Assembly: GCF_036321535.1 (NCBI RefSeq)
Contig: NC_087436.1
Span: forward strand, 21,950,001-22,014,000
Origin: Camelus dromedarius
Lineage: Eukaryota
Length of the DNA: 64,000 bases
Direction of reading: 5' to 3'
The notes beneath the pieces are model-generated. The model was not told where the DNA came from, did no database searches, and was given only the letters and a program-made list of their open reading frames with translations. Positions within the stretch are counted from its first letter, which is position 1; each line of letters begins with the position of its first letter. A program made the translations under genes and the position numbers. This document shows, one piece after another, positions 39,231 through 53,555 of this stretch.

Positions 39231-42200
39231 GACGTGCATACTAGACTAACACAGAGTTAAATTATGGAAGACCCCAGAACAACAGCAAAAAATAGCCAAA
39301 GACACATTTGTTAACTTGCCAGATAGAGGAACAACAACTGGTGAAGAAATTCTCTCCCACTGAAGGGAAAGAAGCCAGAGGGTGTTAAGTGCTAAAATGT
39401 TACCGGGAGGGAGATGGAGGGGGCGTGGGGAGCGGGGAGGTAGACACAGGAGGGAGACAAAGGTACAGAAGTGGATGTTGTGTTGGTTATGCTACTTAAG
39501 TACTGAAAACTAGTCCTTTGGCAAGGATAAATTATGAAAGGTAGTTTTTCCATTTACAACAATGCATTCCATATAGTAGATGCACAATAAGTCTATGCCC
39601 CATGAACGAATGTTTATGGTACTTCCTTTCCTTACTTTTCCTTACCTGTGGGATCAAAACAATCCTAAACGTTGGTGAGCTTCAGCCTGAGATTGAGAAG
39701 ATGGGAAAGGAAAAAAAGAAAGTCTATGCGTGTTTTATTCTGTATTCAGTGATTTATTCACAAATTAATGACATACTTTTCACATAAAATCTGACCTTGA
39801 ATACCACACTCCCTCTGTGGTAATGCTTTATATACTCCAGCTGATCGTAAAAGATTAGCCCATGTTACAGATGGAATTCATTAAATTAATGGATGATTTT
39901 CTTTAGTTGCATAAGATGAACCATAGAAACTCTAGATGAATTTGCAGGTGGAACAATGGCTTGGAACTTCACTGCTCAGCCTTATTCTTTTTGTAGATAT
40001 TCTTTCCAGTTCACGTTTAGCAACTGAATTTTCTTTTTCTTTTCTTTTTTTAAAGTACCTGTTGTTTGCTCTTATTGTAGTGCAGTTTTACTGAGTAAGT
40101 ATTTTAAGGTAGAATGTATGCTTGTGTACATAGTTGAGTGGAAAAAAACTCCTTGTAATAAAAGAATGAAGACTCCTCATCTGTATGCAGTGAGCAGTAT
40201 GAATGAGAAGACTCAGACATGTCATATTACATTTTTTGTAGATAACCTCAGGCACTCTGTGAACTTCTCTGGAGAGTTAAAGTGAAGTTATAATAATCAC
40301 AAATACACATTTATTCTTGCCTGTCGTAATAAAAAGCAGAAGATAAAATTTTAATTACATTTACTATCTGCCTTACTTTGAAAATTCAAATTTCAAAAGA
40401 AAATGAGCAATTAATCATCAGAAACTCTAGATAATTTAGTCATTACTAATTGGAACCTGAAACATACCATCATCCAGAATCCAGTCCGTTCTGTGAATGA
40501 ATAACTTCTGACGTCTGTGTTAGAAATGGCCTGCAGGGATGACCGAAGCTTCAGTTTTAGTTTTGCTTGGGCACATGGTGTTTAGCTGGCCTCGGGCGGA
40601 CGTGTATGATGGTGTTCAGAAGGATTTCGCCACATTTGATGTTGCTGAGGCAGCACCTCCTTAGAGTCCTCTTTAGTATGTGTGAAAGAAAGAATCGCCC
40701 TCCAGCCAAGTTAAAATGGTTTCCTACATCTCTGCTTCTTGAGATGGGTTTAAGATGGGCGGTTAGGAGCCGTTACGTTTGGAAGATGCAGCTGTGGATC
40801 AGAGTATCAGGAAAAAAGCCCTGTCATCTTAAGTGTGGGCCATAGACTCCTGTCCTTTGTTTATGTGTTTAATGTGTTTAATGACACAGAAGGCCATTAA
40901 AAAAAAAATACTGAGGCATCTCGTGAATTGCTATATAACCCTTGTACTATTTTTTAAACCTCTGCTGTAGGAGCAGTTTAAAAAAAAACAAAAACAGTGG
41001 ATTTGGGGCTTGAGACCATATTTACAAGTTTTTGTTAAGTAAGTAAAATTCAATGTGTCACATGAAGTATTTATAGAAAAAAAAGTTTCCATGAAAGTTC
41101 AGTCTTTTCTGGAACATTCAGTGAAAGTTCCTACCCTTTGGATGACATGTGAGAAGCAACCAAAAGTGTCACACTGTGAAGAAAAGGGTAAAAGGGCACC
41201 TTAGAACAAAAGACCTTCTCGCTAATTCCAGAGTGGCCACTGTCCCGTGGAGCTCTCTGTCCCACCTCTGGGGCTCAATGTTCATTTCTCTTGAGTGGAA
41301 TGACACCTAGTTTCCTTAAGTCTGTTCTATTCTACTTTCTGTTAGAACATTTTGTCTCCGTGTGTTAAAGAGTGATGATAGGTAGGTATAGGTAACCAGC
41401 CTCTTGCAAAGAGATGATTGAGATTAAATCAAGCATAATTTCACATGTTTACTTTGTAATTCTTCAGGACACTTTCATTTTTATGACTGACACAGAACAC
41501 AGTCTAACAAGTCAGATGACCGACTAGCTACATTCCCAAATTTGGTCCAAGCACTCCCCCTTAGGACATCTGATCACTGTTGGAAACTTTAAATTCTGGA
41601 CAGATCTGATGCAGTGCTGAGACGTTCTGAGTTCCCAGGATTAAGAGTGCCTTGTCACAGCGATTGGCAGAGCCACCCTCTTTTACTTTATGTATAGTGG
41701 AGACTCACAGTGTTTTTATCTTCATTTGAAAAAAAAGCAACAGACTGACCTCTGATTTACAATGAGCCAAAGGCTTGGTCCCTTTGACTGTCCTTGCTGA
41801 GCTGAGTTCTCTGTAGGGCTGCTTTCTGTTCTGTCCTTCTGAACAGCAAGATTTTGCTAGTATCAGTGATCATTCAATACTCATTGTGATTTGGGATTTT
41901 TCTTGACTGGGATTGTGATCTCTAAAAGGAAGCCACGTGACTCAAAGAAGCAGAGCAAGAAAATCTGACCCCTTGGTTAAGTAATCAGAATGGCGGATCT
42001 GGAGAACTGGATGTGTTCAATCACTAAATTCTATTTTTAAACTTCAATTATTTCATATTTTTATTCTTGATTTTTTTCATGCTGTCCTGTCCACTAAAAG
42101 TATATTCACATCAGGACCAAGTGAAAGAACCAGAGATATGTATGTCTCAATCAGATAGAATGTTATAAATTGGATTATGAAAACATCATCCTGACCTGGT

Positions 42201-42429
42201 TTTCTCATTCCTGGGTGTTCTGGTACTTAGGCATTAAATGCTATATTGATAGGCTATAAGTTTTCCAAAGGTTTTTTATTTTTAAGAAAGAGTATAATTT
42301 AAATAAAAGACAGCATAAGTAAAATTAAAGTCTCCTAGATTTCCTCCTTCCTCTCTATTCCTCTGCCCTATTTTTTTTTCTTAAGGAGTAATAAAAGTGT
42401 GAAATTTTTTGTGTGGTAAAATGGAAAAG

Positions 42430-42640
42430 TAGTAGCAGGTAGAATAGGGCTCTGGAATCAGAAACTCAAGTTCACATCCTTGTTTCTCCAATTACTAATG
42501 GGGTCCTGGAATAAATCACTTTTTAACCTTCAGTTCTTCACCAGTAAAGCTGGGGTTACATCTTAAATTTGTTACAGAGGTTAATGTATTGCATATAAAG
42601 TGACGCACAAAGCATGGCACATTATGCATACTCAGAAAGG
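42430..42640 (+). mobile_element. MIR
   Basis: gggctctggaatcaga..caagttcacatcct..cttcagtt..gtaaa..gcatggcacat. Confidence 0.65.
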
Positions 42641-42785
42641 GCACATAAAAACTCAGAAAATTATAGCTGCTATTGGCTAAAGTGAATTTCAAAAAAGCAG
42701 TGGTGAAGACAGAAGTCTGTGAAGACTGTGGATGGATATTAGCAGAGTCTCCATTGATTTGGTATTTACAAGGAGAGAAGGCAAG

Positions 42786-43497
42786 TGTAACATGCTGGTC
42801 AGTTGCATTTTGTTAAAATGGTTCTCTTGTCTCTACCCTCTCTCCTCTTTCCTGTTTCTATGTGTTACAAGCAACCACCCTGAGCCCTAAAACCCCCAGT
42901 CTCCCGACATTTCCAGTGAACCGCTAGACTCTAGATGATCCTGCTTTGCTGACGCTGACACGAGTTCTTAGTGAGAGCTGCCATCTAATTGTCGGTGCCA
43001 ACTTCTAATGCTTTCCTGATTGTGGCATGCGGTGACCTGGCTCTGTTTAGCCCCAAAGATAACGTGGTCTGACCTTGCCAAGAACTGAGTGGACTGTCAA
43101 GAGTCAGGCGGCAGAGTGGGGGCTAGAGAGAGCAGAGGGAAAAGGGAGTAAGAGCTGGGGACAGAATTTAGGGTTAATGCTGTCATTGGCCAGGGTCCAT
43201 GAAAAGAGTCCAACTAATAGTTGTGGGTGGGAGGGTAGGTGGATGTCAAGAGCCCCAGACAAATAACCCAGATTGTAAAACACTGGAGAGAACGGGAGGC
43301 AGCCCTGGAGGTAGGACATGAGCCAATCGCTGGAGAGACAAGCCCAGGCCAGGATCCACGACAGCTCCTGGCAAAGGTCTCAAGTGTGGCTAAATGACAT
43401 GAGCCTTTAGCTCGTATTGGCTTTTTCTTCGTGGAACTTCCTATTTACCTCTCCTAATTGATGAGCCTGGAATCTGGATGGTTTTCTGTGCCTTACA
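42786..43497 (+). mobile_element. Old ERVL-type LTR (LTR16/LTR33-like)
   Basis: TGTAA...TTACA termini, with a 3' motif ctggaatctggatggttttctgtgccttaca. Confidence 0.5.
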
Positions 43498-43655
43498 GCG
43501 GTGCTCCCTAAGCCTGACTGTGGATTCACCAAGTACTACAAAGTGGATTCTAATTTAGTAGATCTGGAGTCTGGCTCAAAGTTCTGCATTTCTAACAAGC
43601 TTCCAGGTGATGTGGATACTGCTGGTCCAGGGGCCATGTTTTGAGTGGCAGAGCC
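43496..43655. mobile_element. MER5A-like hAT-Charlie relic
   Basis: gattctaatttagtagatctgg..ctgcatttctaacaagcttccaggtgatg..gctggtcc..ttttgagtggca. Confidence 0.8.
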
Positions 43656-45815
43656 TTAAGAGAACGTTGCTGTTTGGTCTTCTGTTCTCTTTCATGTCTG
43701 TGCTGCGTCTTCATGGTAAAGGTGAAGCGAGCATTGCTGGCTGGCTCAATCCTGAGCCCCTCAAAGCTGGACTTCTGATCAAACCAGAATTCTGACAACT
43801 CTCCAGTTTATTCTTCTCATTAAAAAGCAGGTTCTCACTGAATTTAATACTGGTAGCAAAACCATACATATGACCTGGAGAATTCAACTGTCTCCTGACA
43901 CAATTGGTTTTCCTGGACAGAATCATTGCCCTTGAATGTTCATCTGTTGCTCTGATGGAGGTTGTCCTCTGTCTGGTCAAGGGCCTTCTGAGAAGACAGG
44001 GGGAACTTTGACCTTAAATATATGCCTAATTTTTTTTTAGGTATAATATTTGCCAATTTATGCCATTTTTTTCCAAAGGGAATTTTTTCCTGAAATCTTT
44101 TTTTTTTTTTAATTCTGCTATTACTTTTGAACGATATACAGTAAGAATAAATTCCTTTTGCTGAGAATAGGGGCCTGGTTGCAAAAGTGTGAATATAATT
44201 TTTCTGCAATGATGGTGGCCTTCAAAGTACTCTGGCATTTCCCCTGAAGGGAACGGGGCGGAGAAGGCAGAGGTGAATCTCCTTCTGGATCATATTCCTG
44301 GTTTTACCTCTTCTTGGCATTGTATTGCATTCGGCTGATCCTTAGAAGTCCTGCCCATCCACATTCCCTGTTGCAAACTCCAGGTGTTCAGAAGGTTTTA
44401 AATTGACTTGGCATCATGAATCATATCTGATTTATCAGAATAAACTCTTGGCCGCAGACGTTTTGTGACACTGACATGAAGTGAGCAGTTTAGTAGCTTA
44501 GCTACTGAAAAGCTGTACTATCAACATAATGGAGACTTGCCCTTCTGTTTCTTTTTGAGATAGGTTAGAAATAATAATTCATTTAACACTTCATATCAAA
44601 GCACTGTTTGGAAACCTAAAGGAAAGTCGTAGGTCTATAGTGTCATCAGGCTTCCAACACTCCATGCTTGGACCTCAGCCTGAATGGGTCAGGAAGCATC
44701 TTTAACCAGAGGTCCACTTAGACCCCAAGAACATCCCCTTGTGCAATGCCTCTCATCCATGTCATCTGGGGTTCTCCCTAAGCCACAAGTGCGTTCTGTC
44801 ATATATCTTTGCACATTGTTTCGTCCCCATCTTGCCATGGGCATGGTTGGCTATGACTCTGTCTCCCCCTGCTCCTCTCACTTGAAATACTATGTAAGGT
44901 CCTTGGGGTCTTCTGTTTCTATGAAAAAATAGTTTCATGCACTTTCTACCTCTCCAGAAAATGTTTTCTTGGTTTCTTTGTCTTAATAGAAACCTGCTTT
45001 TCTGGAGTTTTCTGCTTCCCTGCCTCCTACTGTAATGTAGACTGGCCACACACACAGAGCCAGAGGCAGGGTCACTCTTTTCCTGGTGCCACAAGAGACT
45101 CCCTAAGCTGTTATGTCTGACTGTGCCACACCTCTACCCTGATTTATCACACTCATCGGCCAAACTTTTGTTCTCTTCATACTTTTCCACCAGACACATA
45201 GTCTTCCTTTGGTCCCCAGGTTCTGCCTGCTCTCCCCTTGGGCGATTGTCTTTCCCATGGGAAAAACCTCTCTAGCGTCCTTGTTGGCACAGTTTCTTTG
45301 TCTCACCTGCTCTAGTGACCAGTAACATCTCTCCATTTCAGCCACGCATTTATCCCATGGCAATAGGACTGAATTCTTCTCTCAGCCCCCAGGATGTCAC
45401 ATCCTTCTCCTTTAATGACTTCTCAATCCTGCCTAGAAACCTTTCAGTTGCCTTAGTAGTAGTACATCCTTGGCCTCACCTTTCTGTCACTGCATCCGCA
45501 GACAAAACCCCACCACTATGTCAACTCAGCTGTCCCTCCCCGCCAGGCTGCTGAGCCCTGCGGGAGCGAGCCGCACAGCAGCTGGGCAGACTGAGGCCTC
45601 CACCAGCCTGTGTCTGCAGGCCCAGATGGACCCATACAGCCGCCCCACTTGTTCCTTGTTCCCTCATCCAGTCCTCAGAGGTCCGCAGAAAACTCCATCT
45701 TTCTTCTCAAAGCTCTTGCTTCCTCTCCATTTGCTCTCAACACATTTACATAATTTGCTTAGTTAAACTCATGATGAGTATTTAGAACATACTAACGTTA
45801 TAAAGAATAATATAG

Positions 45816-45990
45816 GAGGGGGAGGGTATGGTAGCTCAGTGGTAGAGTGCTCAAGGTCCTCAGTTCAATCCCTAGCATCTCCATTAAAAAATAAATAAAT
45901 AAATAAAAACCTAATTACCTCCTGCCTAACGCCCCCCCAAATTTTTTTAAATGTGCAAAATCAATAAGACAGTTCAAATAATTTTAAAAA
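45816..45990 (+). mobile_element. Camelid tRNA-derived SINE (Vic-1-like)
   Basis: ggggagggta..tagctcagtggtagag (A box), gttcaatccc (B box), (taaa)n, acctaattacctcc. TSD core AATATAG at 45809-45815 and 45997-46003. Confidence 0.85.
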
Positions 45991-48066
45991 AGGAAAAATA
46001 TAGTAGATGTTTTGTACCTGTTACCCAGTTTAATGAATCAAACTTTTCCAATACAGTTGATGACCCCTCTGTTCCCCTTCCTGATCAGATCCCCACACCC
46101 TTCCTCCCAAACATCATAACTATTCTTGTTTTAGTATTTATCATACATTTCTCTGTGATTGTACCTCATGTGTGCGTAACCTTACACAGTACAGAGCTAG
46201 AGTATTAGTTCACATATTTTAAAATTTTTTCTAAGTGCCATCATCCCTCTCAATCTCTCTCTCCCTCTCCCCTTCTCTCCCTGTCATACACCTCTTCTCA
46301 CTCTTTCTCTTTCCTCTATACTGTGTTTGTGAAGTTAATCAATGTTGATACGTGAAATGAAAATCCATTCTATATGGAATGAATAGACCATATTATATTC
46401 ATCTGTTTTCTTATGGATGGACATTTAGCCTGCTTCAAGATTTTATCATTCGAAGTTGATTTGTTATGAACATTCTTTTAACTGTCTTGTGTTATGCACT
46501 TGCAAGAATTTTTCCAGAATCTCTTTGGAAGTAGAATTGCTTTCAATGTTAGTAGATATTACCAAATGATTTTCCATTGTGATTAGAACATCAGCGCTTA
46601 GAAGTTTATGTTGCTCTAAATCCTTATCAATATTTAAGGCTTTGTGACTTTAAAATGTATACTTATTGATGGTTATATAATTATGTCTCATGTGGTTTTA
46701 ATTTGCATTTCCATGATAATTAGTAAAGTTCAGAATCTGTTTCTTGGCAATTTGTGTTAAATGTTTTTGAATTACCTGTTTACGTGTTTTGGTACTTTTT
46801 TCTACTGGGTTGTTTTGCTAACATTCCTAAGATATTCTGGAAACTAAATCTTCATCAGTCATGTTTATTACATACATTATTTCCTTTTTCTGCTTGTTTT
46901 AGGTTTAATTGGCTCCTTGTCTAGTTATAAGATGACAGCTTAGATCATTGATTTGAGACCTCTTTTCTATTGTAAGCATTTAATACTATGAATTTCCCTC
47001 CATTTGTATTTTGATATGAAGTGTCCTGATTGCATTCTGATTCAAATGAGTATGAGTGCGTGTGTATATGGACACCTTTGTTTTTATTGCAATTCTCTTA
47101 AATTTGTTAGTTTGTTTTATGACCTAGGATATAATCTTAATGAATGTTTTGTGCATACTTTGAAAAAAACCTGTATATTTCTGTTGTTGGGTTCATTCTG
47201 TTATAAATGTCAATTAGGTCAATTTGTTGGTAGTGATATCTAAGTCTTCTATATCCTCACTGATTTTTTGTTCAGTTGTTCTATCCATTACTGAGAGAGG
47301 GATGTTGATGTCTCCAAGCATATCATTGTGGATTTGTCTATTTCTTCTTCCAGTTCTTTCAAGTTTTGCTTCATGTATTATGAAGCTCTGCTGTTAGGTG
47401 CATTTACCTTTAGGATTTGTTATGTCTTCTTGGTGAATTAACCATTCATCATTATATAATGTCCCTGTTGATATTCCTTGATGTGAAATCTATTCTATCT
47501 GATATTACTATAGCAACTCTAGTTTTTTTTTTAATAAATGTTTGTGTGGTATAAATTTTTTATCCTTTTGTTTTAACCTATCTATGTCATTATATTTTAA
47601 TATAACTATGAAGCATATAGTCATATAGCCTTGCTTTTTTATCCAAGTTGAGAGTCTCTTTTTTAATTGAGGGGGGTGTGTGTGTGTAGATAGTTTATAT
47701 TTAATGTAATTATTGACACAGTTGGATTAAAAACATTTTGCTAGTTGTCTTCTGTTTATTCCAACTTTTTTGTTCTTTTTTCCCTGCCTTTGTATTACTG
47801 TGTATTTTTTATTCCATTTTTCCTCCACTATTAGCTTATTCTTTAAAAAATGTTAGTGGTTACCATAGGAACTACCATACACATTTTAGTTAATCACAGT
47901 CTACTTTCGTATATTTTAGTGATATAATTATACACTGTACTTTTAGTGTAAGAACAATAATAACTCCTTATTCCCTCCTCCTATCATTCTTGCTATTGAA
48001 GTTATATATTATTTTTTTACAAATACTGTAAGCATACAATACATTGCTACTATTTCTGCTCTAGAT

Positions 48067-48281
48067 CAGTGGTTGGCAAATGTTAGCCTGCAGGTCCAGT
48101 CTTGAATACTAATTAGTTTTGCAAATAAAATATTACTGTAACATGGCCATGTTTATGTATCATCAATGGTTGCTTTCACACTATAGCTATAGAGCTAAGT
48201 GATTGTGACAAAGCACGTATGGACCCAAAAGACTAAAATATTTACTGTCTGTCCTTAACAGAAAAACTATGCCAACCCTTG
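48067..48281. mobile_element. MER58A-like hAT-Charlie relic nested in L1
   Basis: cagtggttggcaaa..aataaaatattactg.aaca..aaaatatttactgtctg.cc..acagaaaaa..tgccaaccc. Confidence 0.82.
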
Positions 48282-50689
48282 CCTTGAGAAATTATCTTTT
48301 ATAGTCAAAGTTAGAAATGATGAAAATTAACACTTATTTTCTTTTATAGCATTTATAGTGCTCTTCATTTATTTTGTGGATCCAAGTATCTTTCTGTTAT
48401 GTCATGCTAGAATAACTTCCTTTAATTTTCCTTGCCATGAAGGTGTGCTTATAATGAATTTGCCAGTTTTTATTTGTCTGGGTGAACATCTTTCTCTCCC
48501 TTAATTTTTACAAGTTCTTTTTATTTTGTGTAGAATTTGGTGTTGACAGTTTTTCTTCTTTCAGAACTTTAAAGCTGTCACTTACATAGTATCTAACAAG
48601 TCCAAAATATTTTATTTTTGTTACTCTATATGTAATTTGCCTTTTTTGCTCTGGTTCCCTCAAAAATTTTTCCTTATCTTTGGTTTTCAGTAGTATATGT
48701 AGAGTTTTAAAAAAAATTTGTTTCTTTAATTTGCTTGGTTATTAATTGGTGCATGTGTGTGTGTATCACTACTTGGCTTGATGTTTTCTGAGTTTCTTTG
48801 ATCGGTGTTTTGGTGTCTTTAAATATTTTTGGAAAATACTAGGCCATTATCTTTTCAAAAATTTTTTTGTCTTTTTCTGTCTTCTGAGGTTCAAATAATG
48901 CATTTTGGTTGATATCTCACAGTTTTTGAATGCTCTCATACATTTTCACTTTTTTCTTTTTGTTTCAGTTTGGATCATTTCTATTGGCCTATCTCCAAGT
49001 TCATTGATAATTTCTTTCATCGTGTTCATATCTACTGATGAGCCTGTCAAAGGCATTCTCATTCCTAACATTTCCATTTGATTCTTTTCAATATTTTCTG
49101 TCTCTGCTAAAAATTTCCATCTGGTCATGCACATCATCTACCTTTTCCACTATAGTCTTTTGTATATTCTCTTTCTGTCTTTCAATTTTTTTTTGCCATA
49201 TCTGAGTCTGGTTCTCTGATTGCTTATTTGCTTTTTCTCTTGACTGTGTTGTTATTGTTGTTTTGTTATTCTTCTTTATCTTCATCTTCTTTGTGTAGTA
49301 TGTAGGATAGAAGAGTCTGGTACTTAGGCCTGGAAATGGGCATTCTTCTTCTTCTGCTAAGCTTTTAATTCATGTGTTGGGGGAGTTGAATCAATCTAGT
49401 CAGAAACTGAGCTGGGTTTGGGTTTTGTTGTTTCTATGACCACTCTTAGTGCACCACTAGCTCCAAATCCCTCTAGCATTCACTTGTGTTTAGGGTAGGG
49501 TTTGTGTGGCTGGAGAATTTGTTCTCCACCTTCCACGTTAGGCTTTTCCTGGGAGCTTCTACATCAGAGAGATCCACTCTTCATGCTTTTGTGTCTCCCC
49601 TGGTGGTACTGCACTGTTACTTATTTCTTAGTGTCTGCTGCCCTGGTAGTCAGGAGCAGAGACATTCTCTGTTGTCCTATTTCAGCTGTGATCTTTGGCG
49701 AGGTCTATATTCTTGGGTCTTAGGGATGGAGCTTTCTCAGTGGTCCTTTTCCTCTCTTATATGTACAGGATTACAGGATCTCTAATGATCTGATCCCTGG
49801 AAACTTGCCTTCTCCTCTCTTGTTTCCATCCCCTAACTGCAGTGAGTTTTCACCTGTGCCCTGATGGTAACAGGGTCTGCCATTCTTGTTCTGAAGAGGA
49901 GGATCCTAGTCTGTGCTATGTTTTTCTGCAATTACTGCTGCTCTCCTCCCACAGGCCTGCATCACCAAGGGATGCTTTCTTCAGATCCTACTCTGCTCTC
50001 AGTCTTTCTTATGAGCATCTGATGAAGTCCATGAAAAGTCTGTTAGTGGGTACAAACTACCCTTGAGTTTCTGGCCCCCAGTAGCTCTATACACTCATGC
50101 TAGCCTACCCTGACCCTTAGTAAATCATTATATTTTGGTTGCATTCTTATTACCAGCTTGTTTGGGGCCTGACATCCCTTCCTTCTGTGCAAGAGAGTTC
50201 TCCTCCTTAGAGGCATTTATCCTTCCCTAGATTTCAGCCTGGTGAGTTTGCTCTGAGACCTCAGGTCTCTGATTAGTTAAGGAAAAGTTATGATACTATG
50301 TATTATTCAGCTTTTCTTGAGTTTATGGTAGGAGTAATATTCTTTACATTTTTGTCTAAACAGAAACTGAAAACTCCTGTGTTATAAATATATTTTTCCG
50401 GTATGTACTTTGTTATCTCACGCTTTATGGTATCTTTTGCTTACAGAATATTTTAATTTTAATATAGTCAAATGTATTAATACTTTCCTTTATGAACTAT
50501 GCTTTTGAAGTCAAGCTGAGAAGTCTCTCCTTATCCATAGTTCACAAATATGCCTTTTTCCTGAAAAGAACCAAAAAACAAAACTGAAGCTATTGGGTAG
50601 GATATCCTCAAGTTTCTGTCCCTTACTTTGCAGATCATATCTCTTTTTCTATTTATCCCCTTCCTCTCATTACAGCAAAGATTAGCATC

Positions 50690-51590
50690 TAGATTTTTCC
50701 TTGCCCCAGCAATCATCCCCCTTTCTCCTTAATATTTGATTCCTCTTTTTTTCTCTTGGCTATGCCCTTTCAGCACTTAAATATGCTCAAGTATCCCCAT
50801 TCTTTAAAAAAATAAAGCAGTCTCTTAACCCATTGATATTGTTTACTTGAGGAACAGCAGCTAAAAGGAGTGAGGACATTGTTCCCTCACCACTTCCTCT
50901 GCTACTCTTCCCATCACTGCCAGTGCCTTTCCCTGCTAACTTCTCTTCCTGCTTCCTCAGATAATTTGGTGCCTTGAGGTTGAATCCTCAGTCCTTCTTC
51001 TCATGACATGCACTGGCTTTCAGTGACTTCATGCATCCTTTTAACTTCAACTATTAGCCAAAGATTTCCAAAAATATATTTTCAAACCTTAATATCTCTC
51101 CTGAGACCTAGACCCATGTGTACAACTGTTTTCTGAATATCTTAAGGCATCTCGGAAGCAACATGGTTAAAACTAAACTTACCATTCTTAACTACAATTC
51201 CTCCTTTATTCTCCAGATAGTTTAATGGTCCATAATTTACTGAGTTTCACTTGAAATTTCTGTCTTTCATTATCTCAACTCTAATATCACATCTAATTCC
51301 ATCACCAAGGTTAGGTAATTCTATTTAATAATTTTTTGAATCCAGATTCTCTTCTCTAGTTATCTGCTTGCATTTTGAAATAGACACTTTTTGTTATTTA
51401 ATTTTTCTAGAGTAATAAAATTACCTCCAAACAGATTGATTTCCTTATCAAGTTGCCACCTTCTAGTATATTATCTACTTTGACACCCAGTAAACGTTCT
51501 AAAAGTCAAACATGATCATGTTGCTCTTCTGTTTAAGATATGTTTAACGTGACTTATTTCTGCGTTAAGAATTAAGTTTGGTCTTTCTGG
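50690..51590 (+). mobile_element. L2 fragments
   Basis: cctcagtccttcttctc..catcc..aacttcaacta..tctcctgag..cagacc..caacatg..aaaactaaact..gatcatgttgctc. Confidence 0.6.
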
Positions 51591-52415
51591 CTGTCTATTT
51601 TAAATTTTTGTGTAGTATGTAAAAAACCTCAATCTATTCTTATGCAGGTTCTTTAAACCAAAAAATTTCCAGACAGACCTAGAGAAGGAACTACTGCACC
51701 TAACCATAACCATGGGTAAATGCTGTATTTCCCTGCTAGAAATGCTTGGTTTTCTAGAATTTTGCTAGTGATGCAACTGATTCCTTTTGAGATCTGTGCC
51801 TTGGTATAGTATCAAATCTGAAATTCTTCCTCAAATGCAACAAAGATAGAATGAAAATGAATAGAGTTATAAGAAGTTGTCATGTAATCCTTATTTTGTT
51901 TACGTGTCTCCTTTCTCTCTGAAATTGAATTCATTTTTCAGTTTTGAATGCGTAGTTCGCTTAAAATGGAACCATGGTAATGAGCCTTTGTGGCATCTTA
52001 CTTCAGCCCTCTCTACTCACCCCCAGATTACACAAGTCACACAACCCACACACAGAGTTGACATTTATTAATTATTCACCATTAGTGTGCTGGGTTATTA
52101 GTTTGCTAGGATTCATCAATATTGCCTTATTTAGGGCCCCTTTTCAATTTCTGAGATGACTAATCAGGATTAGGGGTTGGATCTTTGGTCAAGAAGTATA
52201 GTGAAGTTAACAAGCTTCTTGTATCCCAGTCCCATATACATTGCAGTCTTCCACACGTATTACTCCACTAATGCTAAGGCATTTGTCATAGTTTCTTAAG
52301 AGAATGTGGTGTAATAAGTATACGTCTGTTCTTATTAGAAAAAAAAAAACTTCCAAATGTAAATAGCCCAAAAAGGAAAGTAGAAAGCATTATCTTAATT
52401 CAAAATATAATTTTC

Positions 52416-53555
52416 TACCCCTATATGCCCTGCCCCCCTTCCTTCTCTCAACTCGTAACCACTAATTTGTTCTCTGTATCTGTGAGTCTGTTTCTTCTTT
52501 GTTATATTCACTAGTTTGCTGTATTGTTTAGATTGTACATGTAAGTGATATCATATGGTATTTGTCTTTCTCCACCTGACTTATTTCACTTAACGTAATA
52601 CCCTCCAAGTTCATTTGTTGTTGCAAATGGCAAAATTTTATTCTTTTTAATGGCTGAGTAGTATTTCGTTGTGTGTGTATGTATGTGTATGTATCACATC
52701 ATTTTTATCCATTCGTCTTTTGATGGACACTCAGGTTGCTTTCATATCTTGGCTATTGTAAGTAGTGCTGCTATGAACATTGAGGTGCATGTATATTTTC
52801 TAATTAGTGTTTTTGTTTTTCTTGGATATATACCCAGAAGTGGAATTGCTGAGTCATATGATACTTCTATTTTTAGTTTTTTTTGAGGAATCTCCATACT
52901 GTTTTCCATAGTGGCTACACTAATTTACCTTCCCATTAATAGCGTAGGAGGGCTTCCTTTTCTCCACATCCTCAATGATATTTGTTATTTGTGTAATTTT
53001 TGATGATAGCCATTCAGATGAGGTGATATCTCATTGTGGTTTTGATTTGCATTTCCCTGATGATTCGTGATGCTGAGCATCTTTTCATGTTCCTGTTTGT
53101 GATCTGTATTTCCTTTTTGGAAAAAATATCTATTCAGATCTTCTGCCCAGGTTTTAATTGGGTCGTTTGGTTTTTTGATACTGAGTTGTATGAGCTGTGT
53201 GTATATTTTGAATATTAACCCCTTTTTGGGCAGATCATTTGCAAATATTTTTAACATTCAATAGGTTGTCTTTCTGTTTTGTCAGTGGTTTATTTTCCTG
53301 TGCAAAAGCTTTTAAGTTTAATTAGGTCCCATTGTTTATTTTTGCTTTTATTTCTAATATAGTTGTAGGAGATCAAGAGGTACAGACTATTATGTATAAA
53401 ATAAGCTACAAAGATACATTGTACAAAACAGGGAATATGGCCAATATTTTATAACTATAAATGGAGTATAACCTTTAAAAATTGTGAATCACTATAGTGT
53501 TTACCTGTAACATATAGTATTGTACATCAGCTATAACTCAATAAAAATAAATCAG
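52416..53555 (+). mobile_element. 5'-inverted (twin-primed) L1 insertion
   Basis: Antisense segment 52416-~53355 joined to the sense 3' end ~53356-53551. Exact 11-bp TSD ATATAATTTTC at 52405-52415 and 53556-53566. Confidence 0.88.

Larger units (their letters stand above)
45760..50560 (-). mobile_element. Composite old L1 block (L1ME 3' part interrupted by an L1MC/MD-like ORF1-ORF2 part)
   Basis: Antisense L1 motifs throughout. Minus-strand ORFs at 48946-49285 resemble the ORF1 coiled-coil (NQMEMLGM..INELGDRPIEMIQTE). Internal boundaries are approximate. Confidence 0.75.

Noticed and set aside
45816..45895. tRNA-like sequence with A and B boxes
   Set aside because: The anticodon arm is missing and it has a SINE tail and TSD, so it is a SINE and not a tRNA gene.
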